Assembly: GCA_963834235.1 (NCBI GenBank)
Contig: CAWIAS010000008.1
Coordinates: 69,192-133,191, forward strand
Reading direction: 5' to 3'
Origin: an uncultured Actinomycetota bacterium
GTDB lineage: Bacteria > Actinomycetota > Actinomycetes > Propionibacteriales > Nocardioidaceae
DNA: 64,000 nucleotides
Shown: one piece after another, positions 52,314-64,000 of the stretch
Numbering within the stretch: position 1 is the first letter of the stretch
Layout of the letters: each line of letters starts with the position of its first letter
Position numbers and translations under genes: made by a program
The notes under the pieces: model-generated
The model's database searches: none
The model's input: only the letters and a program-made list of their open reading frames with translations
What the model was told of the DNA's origin: nothing

Positions 52314-54082
52314 TCCGCACCCATGACGCCGGCGCCCTCCGCGCCGAGCACGTCGACCAGACCGTCACCCTTGCCGGGTGGGTGGCCAACCGCCGCGACC
52401 ATGGCGGCGTGGCGTTCATCGACCTGCGTGAGGCCAGTGGCGTGGTCCAGGTGGTGATCCGCGACGAGCAGGTCGCCCACCAGCTGCGGGCGGAGTACTG
52501 CCTGAAGGTCACCGGCCAGGTCACCGCGCGCAAGGCGGGCAACGAGAACCCCAACCTCCCGACCGGCGCGATCGAGGTCGTGGCGAGCGACGTCGAGGTG
52601 CTCAGTGCCGCCGGCCCGCTGCCGTTCCCGATCAGCGACCACGTCGACGTGGGGGAGGAGGCCCGGCTCAGACACCGCTACCTCGACCTGCGCCGGAGCG
52701 GCCCGAACGCGGCGCTTCGCCTGCGCAGCAAGGTCAACAAGGCAGCTCGCGACGTCCTCGACCGTCACGACTTCGTCGAGATCGAGACGCCCACCCTGAC
52801 CCGATCGACCCCCGAGGGTGCCCGGGACTTCCTCGTCCCGGCCCGGCTCCAGCCCGGCAGCTGGTACGCCCTCCCGCAGTCGCCGCAGCTGTTCAAGCAG
52901 CTGCTGATGGTGGCCGGCATGGAGCGCTACTTCCAGATCGCGCGCTGCTACCGCGACGAGGACTTCCGTGCGGACCGGCAACCGGAGTTCACCCAGCTCG
53001 ACATCGAGATGAGCTTCGTGGAGCAGGACGACGTCCTGGCCGTCGCCGAGGAGATCCTGGTGGCGCTGTGGAAGCTGATCGGCGAGAACCTGCCGACGCC
53101 CTTCCCGCGGATGACGTACGCCGAGTCGATGGCACGGTTCGGATCCGACAAGCCGGATCTGCGGATGGGGCTCGAGCTCGTCGAGTGCACGGACTACTTC
53201 AAGGACACCCCCTTCCGGGTCTTCCAGGCCGACTACGTCGGCGCGGTCGTCATGCCGGGCGGAGCGAGCCAGCCGCGCAAGCAGCTGGACGCCTGGCAGG
53301 AATGGGCCAAGCAACGCGGCGCCCGCGGTCTGGCGTACGTGCTCGTCCAGGAGGACGGCGAGCTCGGTGGACCGGTGGCCAAGAACCTCAGCGACGACGA
53401 GAAGGCCGGGATCGCGGCCCATGTCGGCGCCCAGCCCGGCGACTGCATCTTCTTCGCGGCCGGTGCGGTGAAGTCCAGTCGGGCCCTGCTGGGCGCGGCC
53501 CGTCTGGAGATCGGACGCCGCGGAGGGCTCATCGACGAGAGTGCCTGGAGCTTCCTCTGGGTGGTCGACGCCCCCCTGCTCGAGCCCGCCGGCGACGCCA
53601 CGGCTGCCGGTGACGTCGCCGTGGGCAGCGGCGCGTGGACGGCCGTCCACCACGCCTTCACGTCGCCGCAGGACCTCGAGGCGTTCGACGCCGATCCCGG
53701 CAACGCGCTCGCCTGGGCCTACGACATCGTCTGCAACGGCAACGAGATCGGCGGCGGATCCATCCGGATCCACCGCGACGACGTCCAGAAGCGCGTCTTC
53801 GCGCTGATGGGCCTCGACGAGGCCGAGACGCAGGAGAAGTTCGGGTTCCTCCTCGAGGCCTTCAAGTACGGCGCCCCCCCGCACGGCGGCATCGCCTTCG
53901 GCTGGGACCGGATCGTCGCCCTGCTGGCAGGGACCGAGTCGATCCGGGACGTGATCGCCTTCCCGAAGTCGGGCGGCGGATTCGACCCGTTGACGGCGGC
54001 TCCGGCGCCGATCTCACCCGAGCAGCGCAAGGAGGCCGGGGTGGACGCCCGCCCCGTCCCGCAGGCGCCGGTGGAGCCCTGA
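52310..54082 (+). CDS. aspS: Aspartyl-tRNA synthetase
   Basis: [37 protein letters not shown] and [12 protein letters not shown] motifs. Confidence 0.98.
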   Translation: MIRTHDAGALRAEHVDQTVTLAGWVANRRDHGGVAFIDLREASGVVQVVIRDEQVAHQLRAEYCLKVTGQVTARKAGNENPNLPTGAIEVVASDVEVLSAAGPLPFPISDHVDVGEEARLRHRYLDLRRSGPNAALRLRSKVNKAARDVLDRHDFVEIETPTLTRSTPEGARDFLVPARLQPGSWYALPQSPQLFKQLLMVAGMERYFQIARCYRDEDFRADRQPEFTQLDIEMSFVEQDDVLAVAEEILVALWKLIGENLPTPFPRMTYAESMARFGSDKPDLRMGLELVECTDYFKDTPFRVFQADYVGAVVMPGGASQPRKQLDAWQEWAKQRGARGLAYVLVQEDGELGGPVAKNLSDDEKAGIAAHVGAQPGDCIFFAAGAVKSSRALLGAARLEIGRRGGLIDESAWSFLWVVDAPLLEPAGDATAAGDVAVGSGAWTAVHHAFTSPQDLEAFDADPGNALAWAYDIVCNGNEIGGGSIRIHRDDVQKRVFALMGLDEAETQEKFGFLLEAFKYGAPPHGGIAFGWDRIVALLAGTESIRDVIAFPKSGGGFDPLTAAPAPISPEQRKEAGVDARPVPQAPVEP

Positions 54083-54228
54083 GCAAAACCACTTGACGGG
54101 CTGGGACTGCTGAGACCAGATCGTTACGCGTAGGTGATCGTCCGTGAGGTCCGCGTCACATAGAGTCCGTTCTCGGCGCACACGCAGAGGCCGGGGGACC
54201 CCCGGCCATGACGCACGATGGGGTGAGC

Positions 54229-55251
54229 ATGTCGGCACAAACCGCCGGACCCGAAACGCTGGGTCACCTGAGCGACGAGCCGTCCGCCCCTGACCCCAAC
54301 AGCAAGAAGGCCAAGTCGATCACCGGCAAGTCGCCGATGCAGATCGCGCTGGGCCGGCTGCTGCGCGACAAGATCGCCGTCGTCTGTGGCCTGGTGGTCC
54401 TGTTCTTCATCATCGTGGCGGTCTTCGCCGGCACGATCTGCGCGATCTTCAACGTGGACACCGAGACGGTGCTCGCCTCGACCCGCGTGGACATGCTCGG
54501 TGGGGCGCTGCCGCTCAAGGGCCCGCCCAACCACGGCTTCGACCCCGAGCACCCCTTCGGCGTGGCCCCGCGCAGCGGCGACGACAACCTCGCCTACTGG
54601 GTCTACGGCTGCCGGACCTCGCTGTCGATCGCGACCATGGCCACGGTGGCGGCCTCGCTGTTCGGCATCGTGATGGGTCTGATGGCCGGCTTCCTCGGCG
54701 GCGTCGTCGACAAGGTCATCTCGTTCTTCACCGACCTGTTCCTCACGATCCCGTTCCTGCTGGCGGCTCTGACCCTGGCCCCGATCATCAACGAGCGGTT
54801 CGCGGCGAGCGACAACTACGGCCGGATCCAGTTCTGGAACCTCGTGATCGTCCTGGCCGTCTTCGGCTGGATGGGGATCTGCCGCCTGATCCGGGGCGAG
54901 GTGCTCTCGCTGCGCGAGCGCGAGTTCGTCCAGGCCGCCCGGGTGATCGGCATGCCGACCCGCCGGATCCTGGTCAAGGAGCTGCTGCCCAACCTGGCTG
55001 CCCCCATCGTCGTGGCCGTGTCGCTGATGCTGCCCGCGTTCGTCGCCGCCGAGGCCGGTCTGGCCTTCCTGGGCATCGGTGTCACGACGATCCCGTCGTG
55101 GGGCCAGACGATCCTCAAGGCCGTCGACTTCTTCGAGACCTACCCCTTGTACCTCTGGGAGCCCCTGATCGGCATCGTCGCACTGGTGCTGGCTCTCAAC
55201 CTCCTGGGTGACGCCATCCGCGACGCCCTCGACCCGAAGACCAGGCGCTGA
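54229..55251 (+). CDS. Peptide ABC transporter permease (OppC/BldKA-like)
   Basis: YGCRTSL, IRGEVLSLREREFVQAAR (EAA loop), LAFLGIG...PSWG. Confidence 0.92.
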   Translation: MSAQTAGPETLGHLSDEPSAPDPNSKKAKSITGKSPMQIALGRLLRDKIAVVCGLVVLFFIIVAVFAGTICAIFNVDTETVLASTRVDMLGGALPLKGPPNHGFDPEHPFGVAPRSGDDNLAYWVYGCRTSLSIATMATVAASLFGIVMGLMAGFLGGVVDKVISFFTDLFLTIPFLLAALTLAPIINERFAASDNYGRIQFWNLVIVLAVFGWMGICRLIRGEVLSLREREFVQAARVIGMPTRRILVKELLPNLAAPIVVAVSLMLPAFVAAEAGLAFLGIGVTTIPSWGQTILKAVDFFETYPLYLWEPLIGIVALVLALNLLGDAIRDALDPKTRR

Positions 55252-55322
55252 GCCTGACCTTCGCCCCCCACGTTGCCCACGCTTTTCTCGAGGGCACGAA
55301 CACAGATAAGAAAGGCTGGACA

Positions 55323-57096
55323 ATGAGACGGAACAAGCCGCTGGCGCTGGTCGCCGGTGCCGCGCTGTTCGCCCTCGCCGCATGTGGCGGGTCGGGCAGT
55401 GAAGAGGAAGGCCCCGGGGCAGACAACACGTTCACCGCGGCGGCCGACGTCGCCAAGGACGAGAACGCCCAAGGCCCCGCACCCGAGATCGAGGGCGCCG
55501 AAGCCGGCGGCGAGATCACGGTGCTGCTGCCGGGCGACCCCGGTCCCACCGACCTGGACCCCACGGGTGGCTGGTCGGTGACCGGCAACTCGATCCAGCA
55601 GGCGCTCACGAGCCGCTCGCTGACCCAGTACATGCGCGACCCCGAGACCGGCAACATGGTCCTGGTCCCGGACCTCGCGACCGACCTGGGCACGCCCAAC
55701 GAGGACTTCTCGGAGTGGACGTTCACGATCCGTGACGACGCCACGTGGCAGACCGGCGAGCCGGTCACCGCTGAAGAGGTCGCGTTCGGCATCTGCCGTT
55801 CGATGGACTCCGAGAACTTCCCGTCCGGTCCGGGTACCGAGTACTCCCAGACCTACTTCCTCGGTGCGGGCGAGTACGAAGGCCCCTACTCCGAGAAGGA
55901 CGACGACGCCTGCTCGAAGTGGGGCGGTGTCGAGGTCGACGGCCAGGACGTCACCATCAAGATGGCCAAGACCTTCCCCGACATGGACTACTGGGGCGCC
56001 TTCATGGCGATGGGCCCGGCCCCGCTCGGCAAGGCAAGCCAGCCGCCGAACTACGGCCAGGAACATCATGTCCAACGGCCCCTACATGGTCGAGAGCTTC
56101 CGTCCCAACGAGGAGCTCGTGCTGGTGAAGAACGACCAGTGGAACCCGGACTCCGACCCGGCCCGCCACCAGTACGCCGACAAGTTCATCTTCAAGTTCA
56201 ACCAGGACCAGGCCAAGGTCGACCAGATCATGCTGAGCGACAACACGGAGTCCCAGACTTCGCTGTCGACGGCCCTGGGCTCCAACAACTACGAGCGCGG
56301 CAACACCGAGCTGGCTGACCGCCTGGTGCAGCAGTCCTCGCAGTGCACGAGCTTCCTGTCGCCCGACTACACCAAGATCACGGACATCAACGTCCGCAAG
56401 GCGATCGCGTACGGCTACCCGTACAACGACATGTGGCTCGCGACCGGCGAGGTCCCCGGTGTCACGCGGGTTCCCGCCAACTCGATCATGCCCCCGGGCA
56501 TGGCCGGCAAGAGCGACTACTTCGCCGACGGTGAGCAGTTCGCCTACAACCCGGACAAGGCGAAGGAGCTTCTCGCCGACGCCGGCTTCGAGCCGGGCGA
56601 GTTCGAGATCACCATGGTCTACTACGAGGTCGACCCGCTGGCCGTCGCCGGTCAGAAGCAGTTCGAGAAGGGCATGTCGGAGGCCGGCTTCTCGGTCAAG
56701 GGCATCCCGGTCCAGGTCTCGCCGTACGACATCTGGCTGGACCCCGACAACAAGATCAACAAGACGCTGAACCTCCGTGGCGTCAACTGGTGCTCGGACT
56801 GGCCCTCGGGCCTGACCATGGTGCCGCCGCTGACGAAGACGGACGCCGTGTACAACACCGCGTTCTTCTCCGAGCCGGCGATCGACGAAGAGATGAACGC
56901 CATCGTCGACCTGCCCCTCGAGGAGCAGGCTGACGCGTGGGGCGCCCTGGACGAGAAGATCGGGACCGAGTTCTTCCCGATCATCCCGACCGCGTTCCGC
57001 AACGACCTGTTCGTCTTCGGTTCGAAGATCGGCAACGGTGTCGGTGACGGTTCCATCGGAGCCCCGTACTACAAGGGTCTCTTCGTCACCCCCTGA
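55323..57096 (+). CDS. Peptide ABC transporter substrate-binding lipoprotein (OppA/BldKB-like), frameshift near 56060
   Basis: Lipobox LAAC; LVPDLA, WTFTIR and NGPY (SBP family 5) motifs. Confidence 0.9.
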
Positions 57097-57130
57097 TCGG
57101 CTCCTGAGCTGATCAGTTGATCAACCCCGA

Positions 57131-57169
57131 AGGTGGGGGCTCCCGGCATCACGCCGGGAGCCCCCACCT
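57131..57169 (+). terminator. 17-bp perfect stem-loop after the SBP gene (mRNA stabiliser or partial terminator)
   Basis: AGGTGGGGGCTCCCGGC-ATCAC-GCCGGGAGCCCCCACCT; no U-tract. Confidence 0.75.
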
Positions 57170-57220
57170 GAGGCCGCCACCGCGCGGCCGACCTGTCTTC
57201 CACGGAGAGAAGAGCCCCCG

Positions 57221-58228
57221 ATGTTCGCCTATATCGTCAAGCGACTGCTTGCCGGTGTCGTCGTCGTCGCCATCGTGTCGATGGCGATCTTCGCGCTGTT
57301 CTGGTACGGCCCCTCGAGCCCGGCCCAGCCGATCTGTGACCGCGAGACCAGCAACCGCTGCACCCCTGAGCGCCTGGAGCGCTACGAGCGCGGGCTGGGG
57401 TACGACAACCCGTCCTACGTCGAGTACGGCAAGTTCGCCAAGGGTGTCTTCGTCGGCCGCGACATGACCATCGGCACCAGCACCTACCCGTGCACGGCGC
57501 CGTGCCTGGGCTACTCCTTCCGCACCAAGCAGCCCGTCTGGGAGGAGCTCGTGGAGCGCCTCCCCGCGACCGTCTCCGTCGCGGTCGGTGGTGCGTTCTT
57601 CTACCTCCTGTTCGGCATCCCCATCGGAGTCGCGGCCGCGCGAAGACGCGGCAGTGTGACCGACAAGGCGCTGGTCTCGAGCTTTCTGTTCATCAGCTCG
57701 ATCCCGTACTACCTCTTCGCCCTGTTGACGTGGCTCTACCTCACGGTGATCTTCGAGGTGCCCATCTTCAGCGACACCGGCTACCACCCGATCACGGAGA
57801 ATCCGTGGACGTGGTTCACCGGCATGTTCCTGGCCTGGGTGGCGCTCGGCATCTTCGGGTGCACCCAGTACACCCGGTACACCCGGGGTGCGATGGTCGA
57901 GGCGCTCAGTGAGGACTACATCCGCACCGCCAAGGCCAAGGGCCTGCCACCACGCACGGTGGTCTACAAGCACGGCCTGAGGGCGGCCCTGGTCCCGATC
58001 GTCACCATCTTCGGTATCGACTTCGGCACGTTGCTGGCCGGTACCATCTTCACGGAGCGTATCTTCGAGATCGACGGGATCGGCTTCTGGGCACTACAGG
58101 CTGTGCAGGGACGTGACCTGCCGGTGGTTGCGGCCACCGCGCTGTTCGGTGCTGTCGTGCTGATCATCAGCAACCTGATCGTCGATGTGGTGTACAGCAT
58201 CCTGGATCCGAGGGTGAGGCTTTCGTGA
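57221..58228 (+). CDS. Peptide ABC transporter permease (OppB/BldKC-like)
   Basis: MFAYIVKRL, EDYIRTAKAKGL and YSILDPRVR motifs. Confidence 0.93.
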   Translation: MFAYIVKRLLAGVVVVAIVSMAIFALFWYGPSSPAQPICDRETSNRCTPERLERYERGLGYDNPSYVEYGKFAKGVFVGRDMTIGTSTYPCTAPCLGYSFRTKQPVWEELVERLPATVSVAVGGAFFYLLFGIPIGVAAARRRGSVTDKALVSSFLFISSIPYYLFALLTWLYLTVIFEVPIFSDTGYHPITENPWTWFTGMFLAWVALGIFGCTQYTRYTRGAMVEALSEDYIRTAKAKGLPPRTVVYKHGLRAALVPIVTIFGIDFGTLLAGTIFTERIFEIDGIGFWALQAVQGRDLPVVAATALFGAVVLIISNLIVDVVYSILDPRVRLS

Positions 58229-59329
58229 CCGAGCAGACCAGCACCGCGCCGAAGTCGGGCGTCGGTGCAGATGCGACCGAGCCCTTCCTGGTGGTGGAGG
58301 ACCTCACGGTCAGGTTCCCCACCGAGGACGGCCTGGTCAGTGCGGTCACCGGCCTGAGCTACCAGGTCGAGCTGGGCCAGACGCTCGGCATCGTGGGCGA
58401 GTCAGGGTCGGGCAAGTCGGTGTCGAGCCTGGCCGTCCTCGGCCTCCACGACGCGAAGACCGCGCCAGATCACGGGATCGATCCGCGTGGGTGGCACCGA
58501 GGTGCTCGGTCTCTCGGAGCCGCGGATGCGCAAGCTGCGCGGCAACCAGGTCTCGATGATCTTCCAGGACGCGCTCGCTGCCCTGCACCCCTTCTACAAG
58601 GTCGGGGCGCAGCTCGCCGAGGCCTACGTCGTCCACCACCCCAAGGCCGACAAGCGCGAGGCCCGTCGCAAGGCGATCGAGATGCTCGACCGGGTCGGCA
58701 TCCCGCAGCCGGACGCACGGGTCGACGACTTCCCGCACCAGTTCTCCGGCGGCATGCGCCAGCGCGCGATGATCGCGATGGGCCTGATCAACGACCCGTC
58801 GCTGCTGATCGCCGACGAGCCCACCACGGCGCTCGACGTCACCGTCCAGGCGCAGATTCTCGACCTCCTGCAGGACCTCCAGCGTGAGTTCAACTCAGCG
58901 GTCATCATCATCACCCACGACCTCGGCGTCATCGCCGAGATGGCGGACGACGTGCTGGTCATGTACGCCGGCCGCGCCGTCGAGTACGGCAAGTGCAAGG
59001 AGCTCCTGACGCACCCCGAGATGCCCTACACCTGGGGCCTGCTCTCGAGCGTGCCCGACGTCCAGGCCGACACGGATGCCCGGCTGATCCCGATCCCCGG
59101 CAACCCGCCGAGCCTGCTGAACCCGCCCACGGGCTGCTCGTTCCATCCCCGCTGCGCACACATCGACAAGGTGCCCGCCAGCCTGTGCTCGACGGAGCTG
59201 CCCGAGCTCCTGCCCGGTGGCCGCGGCGAGCACCACCTCAAGCGGTGCCACCTGGCCGACCCCGAGGCGGTCTACCGCAGCGAGGTCCTCCCGGAGATCG
59301 CACCCGACCTGGTCGAGGAGAACACCTGA
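58225..59329 (+). CDS. Peptide ABC transporter ATPase (OppD-like), frameshift near 58460
   Basis: GESGSGKS, FSGGMRQR, ADEPTTALD and GCSFHPRC motifs. Confidence 0.92.
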
Positions 59330-60614
59330 TGTCCGACGTCAACGTCGAGCAGAACGACGGCATCCCGGAGAACGCCGGTGTCGTCGCACCCGAGACCCCG
59401 GACGGGCGTCGTCGTACGTTCGCCGAGCTGGCCGCCCAGGGTCACAAGCCCACGAAGCTCGATCCGAATGCCAAGCCGGTGCTCGAGGTCGAGAACCTCC
59501 GGATGTACTTCCCCGTGAAGTCGTCCGGGGTCATCCGGCGCACCATCGGCCACGTGCAGGCCGTGGACGGCATCTCGTTCCAGGTCCCCGAGGGTGGCGC
59601 CCTCGGGCTGGTGGGCGAGTCGGGTTGCGGCAAGTCGACGACCGGGCGCCTGATCACGCGTCTCTACTCCCCGACCGGTGGCGCGATGCGCTTCGGCGAG
59701 GACCAGGTCGACATCGCCACGATGTCGCCGCGTCAGCTCAAGCCGCTGCGCCGCAACGTCCAGATGATCTTCCAGGATCCCTACACGTCGCTGAACCCCC
59801 GCCACACGGTGGGCTCGATCGTCGGCGCCCCGCTGTCGGTGCACAACGTGGTCCCGAAGAATCAGATCCTCGGGCGGGTCCAGGAGATCCTCGAGGTCGT
59901 GGGACTCAACCCCGAGCACTACAACCGCTACCCCAACGAGTTCTCGGGCGGACAGCGCCAGCGCATCGGCATCGCCCGGGCGCTGACCCTCAACCCGAAG
60001 CTCCTCGTGGCCGACGAGCCGGTCTCGGCCCTCGACGTCTCGATCCAGGCCCAGGTGATCAACCTGCTCCAGGACCTCCAGCGCGAGTACAACATCGCGT
60101 TCCTGTTCATCGCCCACGACCTGGCGGTGGTCCGGCACTTCTGCCCCGAGATCGCGGTGATGTACCTCGGCAAGATCGTCGAGATCGCCGACCGCGAGAC
60201 GATCTACGGTCGGGCGCACCACCCGTACACGCAGGCGCTGCTGTCGGCGGTGCCCGACGTGAAGCAGGCCGCCGTGGGCGGTCGCCGCGAGCGGATCCGG
60301 CTCGAGGGCGACGTGCCGAGCCCGATCAACCCGCCCGTCGGGATGCCGGTTCCGGACCCGGTGCTCGCTCGCCCAGGAGATCTGCGCGAAGGTGGAGCCG
60401 CCGCTGCTCCAGATCGGCCCTCGTCACAAGGTCGCCTGCCACTTCCCGGGTGAGCTCGGTCGGCACCCCGCAGAAGCCGTCCACGGCCGCCCTCCTCGGC
60501 GTCGACCACCAGGGATCCCCGGCCCCGGGCCAGACCCCGGTCGACGTCAACGTCGGCCCCGGCTACTCCGATGAGTGGTTCGACGTGGCGTCCGAGAGGA
60601 TGGTCAAGGCCTGA
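59329..60614 (+). CDS. Peptide ABC transporter ATPase (OppF-like), frameshifts near 60340-60480
   Basis: [31 protein letters not shown] and VACHF motifs. Confidence 0.92.
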
Positions 60615-60651
60615 GTCGGATGTCTCCACCCCATCGCCTACGGTGACCGGT

Positions 60652-62019
60652 GTGGACGGTCTCTTCGACGCAGGGCCCATCTCCGGCAAGGCGACCGGTG
60701 GTGGTTCCTTGTCGACTGCCCGGCACTCCTCGTCCCCGCTGGCCGTGAGAATGCGTCCGCGGACGCTCGAGGAGCTCGTCGGTCAGGAACAGCTGCGCGC
60801 CGACGGGGCGCCCCTGCGCCGGCTGATCGAGGGCGACCAGTCCATGTCGCTGCTCCTGTGGGGACCTCCGGGGACCGGCAAGACCACGATCGCCGCGATC
60901 CTCAGCCAGCAGACCGACCGCCGCTTCGTCGAGGTGTCGGCCGTCTCGGCGGGGGTGAAGGAGGTCCGGGCCGCCATCGACGGAGCCCGCGCCGAGCTGG
61001 TCGCCGGCGGCACGGAGACCGTCCTCTTCGTGGACGAGGTGCACCGGTTCAGCAAGGCCCAGCAGGATGCCCTGCTGCCGGGCGTCGAGAATCGCTGGGT
61101 CACCCTGGTCGCCGCCACGACGGAGAACCCCTTCTTCTCGGTGATCTCGCCCCTGCTCTCGCGCAGCCTGCTGTTGCGGCTGCAGTCGCTCACCGACGAC
61201 GACGTGCGTGCCGTGATCGCGCAGGCGCTCACGGACGAGCGAGGCCTCGGTGGCGAGCTCACGCTCGACGAGGACGCCCGCGAGCACCTGGTCCGGCTGG
61301 CCGGGGGAGACGCCCGCCGCTCATTGACCTATCTGGAGGCGGCGGCCGGGGCCGCCACCGCCAAGGGGTCGACGGTCGTCGACCTGGCCACGGCGGAGAC
61401 CGCCGTCGACCAGGCTGCCGTCCGCTACGACCGTCAGGGCGACCAGCACTACGACGTCACCAGCGCCTTCATCAAGTCGATCCGTGGCTCGGACGCCGAC
61501 GCCGCGCTGCACTACCTCGCCCGGATGGTCGAGGCGGGTGAGGACCCCCGGTTCATCGCGCGCCGCCTGGTGATCCTGGCCAGCGAGGACATCGGGCTGG
61601 CCGACCCCACGGCACTCACCACGGCCGTGGCCGCCGCGCAGGCGGTCCAGCTCATCGGGATGCCCGAGGCCCGGTTGAACCTCGCCCAGGCCACGATCGC
61701 CCTGGCCGTCGCACCGAAGTCCAACGCGGTGACCAGGGCCATCGACGCGGCGAGCGCCGACGTCCGGGCCGGCCGGATCGGTCCCGTGCCTCCGCACCTG
61801 CGCGACGCCCACTACGGCGGCGCGAAGAAGCTGGGCCACGGCGCGAGCTACACCTACAGCCACGACGAGCCGTTCGGGATCGCGGAGCAGCAGTACGCCC
61901 CCGACGTCGTCGCGGATGCGCGCTACTACCAACCGACCGCGCTGGGAGCCGAGGCGGCCGTCAAGGAGCGGTGGGAACGGGTCCGACGTCTGGTCCGGGG
62001 CGAGAAACCGCCGCGATAG
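60652..62019 (+). CDS. rarA: Replication-associated recombination protein A (MgsA/RarA)
   Basis: [40 protein letters not shown] and ASEDIG motifs. Confidence 0.96.
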   Translation: MDGLFDAGPISGKATGGGSLSTARHSSSPLAVRMRPRTLEELVGQEQLRADGAPLRRLIEGDQSMSLLLWGPPGTGKTTIAAILSQQTDRRFVEVSAVSAGVKEVRAAIDGARAELVAGGTETVLFVDEVHRFSKAQQDALLPGVENRWVTLVAATTENPFFSVISPLLSRSLLLRLQSLTDDDVRAVIAQALTDERGLGGELTLDEDAREHLVRLAGGDARRSLTYLEAAAGAATAKGSTVVDLATAETAVDQAAVRYDRQGDQHYDVTSAFIKSIRGSDADAALHYLARMVEAGEDPRFIARRLVILASEDIGLADPTALTTAVAAAQAVQLIGMPEARLNLAQATIALAVAPKSNAVTRAIDAASADVRAGRIGPVPPHLRDAHYGGAKKLGHGASYTYSHDEPFGIAEQQYAPDVVADARYYQPTALGAEAAVKERWERVRRLVRGEKPPR

Positions 62020-62030
62020 GGTCGGTCACT

Positions 62031-62532
62031 GTGACCCGGGACTCGATCGTGCTCGCAGCCGTGGGCGTCCTGGCCCTGCTGGCCGTGGCGCTCACGGTGG
62101 CGCTGCTCCGTACCCGATCACGGACCCGCCGCGAGCTCGAGGCCGCGCGCGCGGAGTCCGCCCGGCTCCGGGCCCAGGTGGACGAGATCGAGCGGATCCT
62201 CGGCTCGAGCCGGTCCGTCGCACCCTCGTCCGCCCACCGAGTACACGATCACCGAGCTCGGCGCAGCCGACCAGGCGCCGGAGGTCGCGCCCCGGATCGA
62301 TCAGGCGCTGTTCGCCGACCTGGTGCTCCGCGAGACGGTCGTGAAGGCCGCCTCCCTGGCCCACGGCGTACGCCGGGCGCTCTCCCCGGAGAGCCGCAAC
62401 CGGATCCGGTTCGAGGTGCGCCGCGAGGTGCGGCGGTCCCGCAAGCAGCGGCGCTCCGACCTCCGCGAGGCCCGGCGTGACTGGGAGGCCCGTCAGCGCG
62501 GCGCCCTGACCGACGACGAGAACGCAGCATGA
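62031..62532 (+). CDS. Hypothetical membrane-anchored coiled-coil protein, frameshift near 62230
   Basis: N-terminal TM, coiled-coil, VVKAASLAHGVRRALSPESR; TAGGGT -10 just upstream. Confidence 0.65.
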
Positions 62533-62542
62533 GATCACGCTC

Positions 62543-62837
62543 ATGAGTCGCCCACTCTGGTTCGTCGCCGGGGCCGGCGCCGGCGTCTACGCCGTCGTCC
62601 GCGCTCGCCGCGCCGCCGAGGTGCTCACCGTCGACGGCCTGCGCGACCGCTGGAACGGCGCTCACGCTCGGCGCCCGCATGCTGCGCGACGAGGTGGCCC
62701 AGGGCCAGGCGGAGAAGGAAACCGAGTTGCGCGAGCGCTTCGGGCTCGTGCCTCATGGGAGACCAGAGCTCGAGGGCGGGCGGCACCGTGCCGTGACCGC
62801 CGGCACGCAGCACCGATGAAGGGGAAGGCAGCACCTG

Positions 62838-62838
<1 letters not shown>
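62543..62838 (+). CDS. DUF6167-like small protein, frameshift near 62660
   Basis: [12 protein letters not shown]...[15 protein letters not shown]; conserved position before alaS. Confidence 0.7.

Positions 62839-64000
<1,162 letters not shown>

Overview
High-GC actinobacterial chromosomal segment. Gene content and order most resemble Nocardioides/Propionibacteriales; this is an inference, not a database result. Most of it is conserved backbone: an ABC-2 exporter, recA-recX, a ppk2/HipA-like kinase/DUF3037 operon, a sulfate-assimilation operon (sirA, small Zn-finger, cysH, sirB), glyA, dctA, four tRNAs with an SsgA-family gene, thrS-HIT-pgsA-pdxS/T-yebC-ruvCAB-yajC-secDF-apt-relA, hisS-aspS, a BldK/Opp-type peptide ABC importer, rarA and the 5' part of alaS. 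More than 20 genes, including essential ones, carry single-base frameshifts. I read these as long-read/consensus errors, so coordinates for those genes span the reconstructed gene. I found no CRISPR array, rRNA, prophage or transposase. Signals the ORF track misses: a 29-aa attenuator-type leader peptide and three tandem palindromes upstream of sirA; LexA and PafBC-type motifs at recA and ruvC; an in-frame REP-like palindrome inside thrS; a Lys-rich 43-aa ORF coupled to a carboxyethyl-ornithine synthase; and many leaderless promoters, two of them bidirectional. I cannot demonstrate a clearly new system from sequence alone. The best candidates are the Lys-rich peptide/CEOS pair and the PPK2-HipA-like-DUF3037 operon.
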